From NCBI GenBank assembly GCA_964640155.1, contig CAZXEQ010000004.1, positions 1 through 32,000 on the forward strand: DNA of 32,000 nt, given 5' to 3'. The position numbers and the translations under genes were made by a program. Shown here piece by piece: positions 26,113 to 32,000 of this stretch. Position 1 is the first letter of the stretch. Every line of letters starts with the position of its first letter. The notes under the pieces are model-generated. The model searched no databases. It was not told the DNA's origin and was given only the letters and a program-made list of their open reading frames with translations. The stretch comes from an uncultured bacterium (lineage in GTDB: Bacteria > Auribacterota > JACPWU01).

Positions 26113-26175
26113 GAGGCATGAAGCACGAAGTATGAAGCCTTCTTGTTTCATGATTCATGCTTCCTGTTTCAAAAT
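26113..26175 (+). terminator. Nested hairpin built from four ATGAAGC-type heptamers between purH and purD (possible terminator or stability element)
   Basis: The outer stem pairs 26113-26122 with 26154-26163 (10 bp including one G.U). The inner stem pairs 26132-26138 with 26145-26151 (7 bp including one G.U). A weak U-tract (CTGTTTCAAAATT) follows. Confidence 0.35.
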
Positions 26176-26196
26176 TCAAGAAAGCATACATAGAGA

Positions 26197-27477
26197 ATGA
26201 AGATCTTAGTCATCGGAAGCGGCGGCCGTGAGCATGCCTTAGTATGGAAAATAGCTCAAAGTCCTTTGGTCAAAAAAATTTATTGCGCGCCTAGTAATCC
26301 CGGTATTTCCAAGCTTGCCGAACCTGTTAATATTCCAGTAGACCATATTGAAGAATTATTAGATTTTGCTAAATCCAAAAAAATTGATTTAACTGTTGTA
26401 GGCCCAGAACTCCCTCTTACTCTAGGACTTTCAGATGCCTTTCAAAGAGAAGGGCTTAAAGTCTTTGGCCCTAATCAAAAAGCGGCCCAATTAGAGCAGA
26501 GTAAAGCCTTTTCAAAAAATTTTATGCATCAACATCAAATCCCAACCGCTGATTTCAAAATTTTTACCAACACTAAGGAAGCCAAAGCATACGCGCAAAA
26601 TGCTTCTTATCCTTTGGTTATTAAAGCGGATGGCCTTGCAGCAGGAAAGGGTGTTCTGGTTGCTAAAACTTCCAAGGAAGCCCTTGAATTTTTAGATGAA
26701 GTGATGGACAAAAAAATATTTGGAAAATCCGGAGAAAAAGTTGTTATTGAAGAATGCCTTCAAGGAGAAGAGCTCTCTATTTTAGCTCTTTTAGACGGAA
26801 AAAGTTTTTTACTTTTACCAGAAGCCCGTGATCACAAGAGAATTTTTGACAATGATGAGGGCCCTAATACAGGGGGAATGGGAGCTTACAGCCCTGTATC
26901 TTGGGCTTCAAAAACTTTGCTCGATGAAATTATAGAAAAAGTTTTCAAACCCGTCTGTCTGGGACTTAAAAAAGAAAAAATAGATTATTGTGGTGTGCTT
27001 TATGCGGGATTGATGATCACTCCTCAGGGAGTAAAAGTTTTAGAATTTAATGTGCGATTCGGTGATCCAGAAACACAAGTTGTACTGCCTCGCATTAAAA
27101 GTGATCTTGTTCGTTTAATGTTGGCATGCTGCAATCAAACGCTCTCACAAGAATCTATTGATATCAGTCAGAATTCTACGCTATGCGTTGTCATAGCATC
27201 TGGGGGATATCCACAAAGTTCTCAAAGTGGTTTAACTATTCAAGGTCTCGATGAAAACCAAAATAAAAATACTTTTGTTTTTCATGCAGGAACAAAGCAG
27301 GACGGGGATTCAATTCTAACCAACGGAGGACGAGTTTTAGGAATTACGGGATGGAATTCATCCATGGAAAAAACTAGAGAATCTGTTTATCAAGCTATTC
27401 AAAAAATTCATTTTGAGAAAATGCAATATCGAAAAGACATTGGACAATCAGGCGTAAAAGATAAGGTCTCTTTATGA
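26197..27477 (+). CDS. purD: Phosphoribosylamine--glycine ligase
   Basis: MKILVIGSGGREHAL, ATP-grasp core, RFGDPETQ. Confidence 0.97.
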   Translation: MKILVIGSGGREHALVWKIAQSPLVKKIYCAPSNPGISKLAEPVNIPVDHIEELLDFAKSKKIDLTVVGPELPLTLGLSDAFQREGLKVFGPNQKAAQLEQSKAFSKNFMHQHQIPTADFKIFTNTKEAKAYAQNASYPLVIKADGLAAGKGVLVAKTSKEALEFLDEVMDKKIFGKSGEKVVIEECLQGEELSILALLDGKSFLLLPEARDHKRIFDNDEGPNTGGMGAYSPVSWASKTLLDEIIEKVFKPVCLGLKKEKIDYCGVLYAGLMITPQGVKVLEFNVRFGDPETQVVLPRIKSDLVRLMLACCNQTLSQESIDISQNSTLCVVIASGGYPQSSQSGLTIQGLDENQNKNTFVFHAGTKQDGDSILTNGGRVLGITGWNSSMEKTRESVYQAIQKIHFEKMQYRKDIGQSGVKDKVSL

Positions 27478-28697
27478 AACAATTCGTTGTTCGACAGATT
27501 CGACTTCTCTTAATATTAATGAGCATTTTTCTATTTCATTCTTCAGGCCAAGCAAAAGATTCTCCACGCATCGGCTTCTGGGTTCCTTGTGAAGGAAGTG
27601 AGCAGGTCCTATCCAATAAAGATAAAATCATCAAACTTCTGGAAACCTCAAAAAAAATGGGGATCACGGATATTTTTCTTCAGGTTTATCGCAGAAACAA
27701 CACTTGGTATCGATCTAAGCTGGCATCAGACATCCCTTTTCAAACTATTTTGAAAAATCAAAAAATAGATACGCTTGCCTTTACAATTCAAGAAGCTCAC
27801 AAAAGAGGGATTAAAATTCATGCCTGGTTCAATGTTTTTTGGATTGGAAAAGATTTGAATGTTCCTATTATTAAAAAATTTGGCAAAGAGATTATTACTA
27901 GAAATCAGAAAGGCATGTCTATGACAGATTTTCCTAATCATGCCATTCCAGGAGAGCTTGGAAAATGGTTTTCCTATGGGGAGGATGGTTATTGGCTTGA
28001 ACCAGGGGATCTCAGAGTTCAAAATTATTTTTTAGCGCTTTTTCAAGAAGCTCTTCAGAATTACCCTAACCTTGATGGAGTTCATCTAGATTTTGTGAGA
28101 TACCCTTTTGCCAGCCCTTATTTACCGGGTTCTTACTATGCTTTTGCGCGGGGACTTGAGTTTGGATATGGAGCAAAAAGCATTGAACGTTTTCAAAAGA
28201 AATATGGGCTTAATCCTGTCAAAATGGAACGTACTGTACAAAACCATTTGCTTTGGGATCAATGGCGCAGAGATCAAATTACAAGTCTTTTAATGCAACT
28301 TCGCAAAATTATTCTCAAGAATTCTCCAAAATTAGTTTTTTCATGTGCGGTCTTGCCTTGGCCCGAGAGAAGTTATTTTTGCTCATTTCAGGACTGGACA
28401 CGTTGGATTCAAGAAGGCCCTGTCGATTTTGTTGTTACCATGAATTATACAATTGATCAGCATTTATTTATGTTTTTATCCCGTATGTCTCTAGGAGCAG
28501 GAAAACCTGGGAAAGTATGGATTGGACTAGGACCCTATCTGTTTGAAAAAGATGCCTTCGGTTTTTCTAAACAAGTTCAAAATACATTTGCCATTGCTCC
28601 CCCCGGAATTGTCTTTTTTTCCTACGATGGTCTGCTGGATCAAAAAGAAGTGATGCAGTCTCTTCAAAAAACACTTCAATCCAAGAAACACTCATGA
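27474..28697 (+). CDS. Secreted glycoside-hydrolase-like family 10 (GHL10/DUF187, YngK/YddW-like) protein
   Basis: Signal peptide LLLILMSIFLFHSSGQA. GIKIHAWFNVF and GVHLDFVRYP are typical of the GHL10 family. ATGA overlap with the purD stop. Confidence 0.65.
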   Translation: MKQFVVRQIRLLLILMSIFLFHSSGQAKDSPRIGFWVPCEGSEQVLSNKDKIIKLLETSKKMGITDIFLQVYRRNNTWYRSKLASDIPFQTILKNQKIDTLAFTIQEAHKRGIKIHAWFNVFWIGKDLNVPIIKKFGKEIITRNQKGMSMTDFPNHAIPGELGKWFSYGEDGYWLEPGDLRVQNYFLALFQEALQNYPNLDGVHLDFVRYPFASPYLPGSYYAFARGLEFGYGAKSIERFQKKYGLNPVKMERTVQNHLLWDQWRRDQITSLLMQLRKIILKNSPKLVFSCAVLPWPERSYFCSFQDWTRWIQEGPVDFVVTMNYTIDQHLFMFLSRMSLGAGKPGKVWIGLGPYLFEKDAFGFSKQVQNTFAIAPPGIVFFSYDGLLDQKEVMQSLQKTLQSKKHS

Positions 28698-28744
28698 GCG
28701 ACGTCAGAATTTATTCTCCTTATGAAGGTGATGGCTTATAGGCT

Positions 28745-29281
28745 ATGGGAACTTTGCAGACTCCTCATTTTGTTAAACTCTTCGCTGGCCTCTTGACTTT
28801 AGAGTCTGAAATTCCTAATGTTGAAGCCGTTCTTGAAAGAAAATGGGGAACGATCGAGAAAAAAAGCGAGATTCATCCCTTTGATTATAGTTCTTACTAT
28901 AAGGACGAGTTTGGATCGCCTCTCATGCGATTTTTTTTAGTCTTTGCAAAAACTTTATCGCAAGAGGAGATTGCTTTTTACAAATTAGAGTCAAATATGA
29001 TAGAAGCAGAAAATGCCATCGCTGGGAAAAGACGTTGGAACATTGATCCAGGCTTCATTGATTTAGATAAAATTGCTTTGGCGACGACAAAACCAGCAAC
29101 TTATAGGATTTACTTAGGGAAGGGGATTCATGCTCAATCAACCCTTTTCTTTAAAGATGGAAGTTTTCATCCCTGGCCATGGACTTATCGAGATTATAAA
29201 GAAGAATGGACTTTGAAATTTTTTCAGGAAGTTAGAAATCAATTTAAATTGGAAATAATAGATCAATTGAAAGCTCAATAA
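28745..29281 (+). CDS. DUF4416 family protein
   Basis: 178 aa. VKLFAGLLT, PFDYSSYYKDEFG, NIDPGFIDLDKIALATTK, RIYLGKGIHAQSTL and PWPWTYRDY match my recollection of the DUF4416 pattern. Confidence 0.65.
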   Translation: MGTLQTPHFVKLFAGLLTLESEIPNVEAVLERKWGTIEKKSEIHPFDYSSYYKDEFGSPLMRFFLVFAKTLSQEEIAFYKLESNMIEAENAIAGKRRWNIDPGFIDLDKIALATTKPATYRIYLGKGIHAQSTLFFKDGSFHPWPWTYRDYKEEWTLKFFQEVRNQFKLEIIDQLKAQ

Positions 29282-29294
29282 AAAGAGGAAATTT

Positions 29295-30599
29295 ATGGCA
29301 ACCATCAAACCTTTTAAAGGAACATACTATAACACCGAAAAAATTAAGGCGGAAAAAGTGATTACCCAGCCTTATGACAAAATAGATTCAAAGTTACAGC
29401 AAACTTACCTTGATCGAGACCCGCATAATATGGTCAGGATCATTTTGAAGGGCACTGCTCAAGATAACTCAACATCCCCCTATGAAACACAAAGTAAATT
29501 GTTAAGCGAATGGATTAAAAATAGAGTTCTTGTACAAGATCATGAACCAGCTATCTATGGTTACACTCAAGAATTTGAGTTTTTTGGGGAAAAAAGAACA
29601 CGACAAGCATTTATTGCTTTGGGTAAATTAGAAAATTATGAAAATAAAATTGTTTATCCTCATGAAGAAACACTTTCAAAACCTAAGGCCGATCGCTTAA
29701 ACCATCTCAGGGCAACCCAAACGCAATTTGGCCTTATTTTTATGCTTTATGAAGATTTACAGAAGAATATTTTAAAACTCATTAATGCTAATGCGAATCA
29801 AAAAAATATTTTTGATTTTACAGATCTTGATTATCAGGTGAGACATCAGGTCTGGTGCATTAAGGATCCCAATATTATTCAATCTGTAGCTACGCTCATG
29901 CAAGATAAGAAACTTCTTATCGCAGATGGACATCATCGTTATGAAACAGCTCTTGCCTTTAGAGATGAAATGCGAGTGCAACATTCTACCGATGCTTTTG
30001 ATTATGCCATGATGGCTTTTATCAATTTACATGATGATGGGTTAGTGATTTTACCTACACATCGATTGGTTAAAAACTTATCGGATGATGCTCTTTTAAA
30101 ACTAACAGATCATTTAAGAAAAGATTTTCGTATTGAAAGATTTAAGTTGCCGACGGATCATCCAAGTGTTTTTATTCACGAAAAAATGCGTAAAATTCAC
30201 AAAGATCATCATGTGATTGGACTCTATTATGGATCTGAGGAATTTTTGCTGCTTCATTATCTAAAAAACGCTTTGCCTCCTTCATTATTAAAAAACCAAC
30301 TCTCGGAGAGCTGGAGAAGCTTAGATGTTGCCATTTTGCATCATGCCATTTTGAAAAACATTCTAAACATTGAGGAAGAAGCTGTTCGCACCGAATCAAA
30401 TCTTTCTTACGTAAGAGAAATTGATGAGGCATTAGATTCAGTACATAAAGGACGTGCTCAAGTCGCATTTATCCTAAATCCCACCAAACCTGAGGACGTG
30501 AGGGATATCGCTTATGGATTAGAGCGCATGCCTCAAAAGTCAACGGATTTTTACCCCAAATTAATGACAGGTTTAATGCTCAATCAAATGAAGATTTAG
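29295..30599 (+). CDS. DUF1015 family protein
   Basis: MATIKPFKGTYYN, ITQPYDKI, PAIYGYTQEF, YPHEETLSKPKADRLNHLRATQ and IADGHHRYETALAF are characteristic of DUF1015. Confidence 0.8.
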   Translation: MATIKPFKGTYYNTEKIKAEKVITQPYDKIDSKLQQTYLDRDPHNMVRIILKGTAQDNSTSPYETQSKLLSEWIKNRVLVQDHEPAIYGYTQEFEFFGEKRTRQAFIALGKLENYENKIVYPHEETLSKPKADRLNHLRATQTQFGLIFMLYEDLQKNILKLINANANQKNIFDFTDLDYQVRHQVWCIKDPNIIQSVATLMQDKKLLIADGHHRYETALAFRDEMRVQHSTDAFDYAMMAFINLHDDGLVILPTHRLVKNLSDDALLKLTDHLRKDFRIERFKLPTDHPSVFIHEKMRKIHKDHHVIGLYYGSEEFLLLHYLKNALPPSLLKNQLSESWRSLDVAILHHAILKNILNIEEEAVRTESNLSYVREIDEALDSVHKGRAQVAFILNPTKPEDVRDIAYGLERMPQKSTDFYPKLMTGLMLNQMKI

Positions 30600-30779
30600 G
30601 GTTTAAAAATTCTATTTTCTTTTTCTGGAATCGTCCCATAGACATCCGTAACTTATAGGTAGCCTTATAGTTACATGCCACGCAAACAAACCTAGATACA
30701 AAGAAAATTTCTAAAAAAAGAAGTACCTAAAAAGGGGAACTTATCGTATACTTTTCTCATTATAAAAGGGGGCAGTTCA

Positions 30780-31277
30780 ATGTTTATTCATCAATTTAAG
30801 AAGGTGTTTATTCTTGCTGGATTTTCCGTTTTCTTAATGACTCGGGTTTATGCCGAAGGCATGGGGGCGAGCTATCAAATCGCTAAAATCTCTCAAAAAC
30901 TTATAAAGTATGATGAAGAGGGCCGTCAGGGAAATGGCTTAGTTTATCAAGTGGATTACTTCGATAAATTTTACCAAAAACGCCTCCTTCCTGCTTCTCA
31001 GATGGGAGAGCTTTACATTGTTGAGTGGAGAGCCTCTGGAGTTCCTAGTGTTGGAGAAAAACTCATTTTTTCCTTTGAATATCGAGCTTCTGATATCAAC
31101 GAGGTTAAAAAGAAAGACATAGAAATCTTTGTGAATCAAAATGATTTTTATGAAACTCCTATCGAGCATATCGGAGAAGAATTTGCTAATGAAGGTGAAA
31201 TTGAAGCATGGAAATTGACGATTTCACGTAATGGCACTCCAATTGATGTGCGACAGTCCAATTTTTGGATTGATTAA
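30780..31277 (+). CDS. Small secreted hypothetical protein
   Basis: 165-aa ORF with an AAGGGGG Shine-Dalgarno and signal peptide VFILAGFSVFLMTRVYA. No recognisable motif. Confidence 0.5.
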   Translation: MFIHQFKKVFILAGFSVFLMTRVYAEGMGASYQIAKISQKLIKYDEEGRQGNGLVYQVDYFDKFYQKRLLPASQMGELYIVEWRASGVPSVGEKLIFSFEYRASDINEVKKKDIEIFVNQNDFYETPIEHIGEEFANEGEIEAWKLTISRNGTPIDVRQSNFWID

Positions 31278-31304
31278 TCTGCCCATTAACCAACTGGATA
31301 TCCT

Positions 31305-31637
31305 ATGAAGAAACGTTCTTCTAATATTCCCGTTAAACTTGAGATGGGCGGGGAATCTCTTGTTTCAGAGATTAATCACTTGGAACCCTCTCTATTTCGG
31401 TGCATTCTGAATCGTGCCATCCCTCTGCAGTCTAAAATAAATATCACTCTTATTCTTCCCAAAAGTTCCTCAAAAAAAACGAGTGATCAGAAAATCTCTA
31501 CTGAAGGAATCATTTCAAAAGTAGACTGTATTCAAAATGAAAAGAACGAGATGGAGTATCAAACAGAAATCTCTTTTCTTGAACTTTCTTCTTCTCAAAA
31601 AAAGTGGATCGACGATTTTATTCAAAAACAGTGTTAG
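31305..31637 (+). CDS. Hypothetical protein with a PilZ-like beta-barrel pattern and degenerate c-di-GMP motifs
   Basis: 110 aa. Alternating-strand pattern IPVKLEMGGESLVSEINHLEPSLFRCIL...INITLILP...GIISKVDCI...EYQTEISFLELS resembles PilZ. The RxxxR and D/NxSxxG motifs are not intact. Confidence 0.35.
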   Translation: MKKRSSNIPVKLEMGGESLVSEINHLEPSLFRCILNRAIPLQSKINITLILPKSSSKKTSDQKISTEGIISKVDCIQNEKNEMEYQTEISFLELSSSQKKWIDDFIQKQC

Positions 31638-31679
31638 TTCTATCCTTTTAGGTATTTCTCATGTCAAATCGCATGCAAA

Positions 31680-31842
31680 AAAGTATGTCCTTTGCAATAC
31701 GGGTGACACTCGGTGGGGAACCCCGCCGCGCACAATTTTCCATGAGCACGGTGAGGCTGACGAGTGAGTGACAGGACCCGTTTCTTCCCTAATCCTAAAG
31801 GACGGCGAAAAACCCGAGAACATACTTTATATACGGGACCTC
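31680..31842 (+). promoter_or_regulatory. Candidate structured 5' leader (riboswitch-like) upstream of yggS; class unknown
   Basis: A locally GC-rich core (31700-31820) sits in an AT-rich genome. A 9-bp helix pairs 31680-31688 with 31820-31828. CGGGT 31700-31704 pairs with ACCCG 31812-31816. A 7-bp hairpin spans 31711-31728. TTTTC 31736-31740 pairs with GAAAA 31807-31811. ATACGGG is duplicated at 31697 and 31831. Confidence 0.3.
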
Positions 31843-32000
31843 ATGGCATCCATCTCTGAAAACCTAAATCGAATTCAAAAAAACATTATGGCAACTTGCC
31901 ATAAAAAGAATCGCCTTCCTTGCGAAATAACTTTAGTGGGTGTTACTAAAACTGTTTCGCTTGAGCGTATTCAAGAAGCTATTGATGCCGGTTTAACTTT
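31843..32000 (+). CDS. yggS: PLP-binding YggS/PROSC-family protein (5' part; continues beyond the window)
   Basis: MASISENLNRIQKNI....ITLVGVTKTVSLERIQEAIDAG matches the YggS N-terminus, including the (A/V)(S/T)KT PLP-lysine motif. Confidence 0.75.
   Translation, partial: MASISENLNRIQKNIMATCHKKNRLPCEITLVGVTKTVSLERIQEAIDAGLT

Noticed and set aside
30647-30675. GTAACTTATAGG-TAG-CCTTATAGTTAC near-palindrome downstream of DUF1015.
   Set aside because: The arms pair only 6+3 bp around a 3-nt mismatch. It is better described as a TTATAG direct repeat flanked by GTAAC/GTTAC. No functional context.
31693-31815. Assignment of the GC-rich element to a known RNA family (FMN/RFN, cobalamin B12 box, ykkC, glycine, SRP 4.5S, hammerhead).
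   Set aside because: Only short partial resemblances were seen: GGUGGGGAACCCCGCC to RFN, GCUGACGAGUGAGUGACAGG to the btuB leader, GGACGGCGAAAAACCCGAG to the ykkC 3' part, and CUGACGAG to hammerhead. None has its obligatory partner motifs or stems, so the element is left unclassified.
31659-31823. 54-aa minus-strand ORF (MFSGFSPSFRIREETGPV...) across the GC-rich element.
   Set aside because: No RBS and an implausible composition. It is kept open only by the local GC richness.

Overview
AT-rich bacterial chromosomal window in which all 25 credible CDS lie on the + strand. The left third (1-9.1 kb) looks accessory. It holds a stand-alone NYN/LabA-like gene and a 1493-aa protein with a signal anchor, an Ala/Lys/Gln coiled coil, YD/RHS-like repeats split by a ~180-aa Gly/Ala-rich hydrophobic block, and a C-terminal lipase-type alpha/beta-hydrolase (VHGI...AHSMG). 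These are followed by a translationally coupled secreted WD40-like protein, a secreted TPR protein and a YefM/Phd-RelE/ParE toxin-antitoxin pair. The middle (9.2-27.5 kb) is core: valS, uvrB, nadC, birA, coaX, recN and a Bacillus-order purine operon purS-Q-L-F-M-H-D with no purN. The right end holds a GHL10-type glycoside-hydrolase-like protein coupled to purD, DUF4416, DUF1015, a small secreted protein, a degenerate PilZ-like protein and the start of yggS. A 34-nt palindromic repeat family (ATGGATyCCCGA-N9-TCGGGrATGACAG) occurs 7 times: as single units or head-to-head pairs just after stop codons, and once in frame inside the giant ORF. A GC-rich ~150-nt segment with a long-range closing helix precedes yggS and may be a structured leader. 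I recognised no rRNA, tRNA, CRISPR, transposase or integrase. The best candidate for a new system is the 974-8227 three-gene module, read as a toxin/effector plus periplasmic repeat proteins with no canonical secretion partner in view. Taxon not assigned; split purS/Q/L argues against typical gammaproteobacteria. All domain calls come from motif reading by eye, not from searches.
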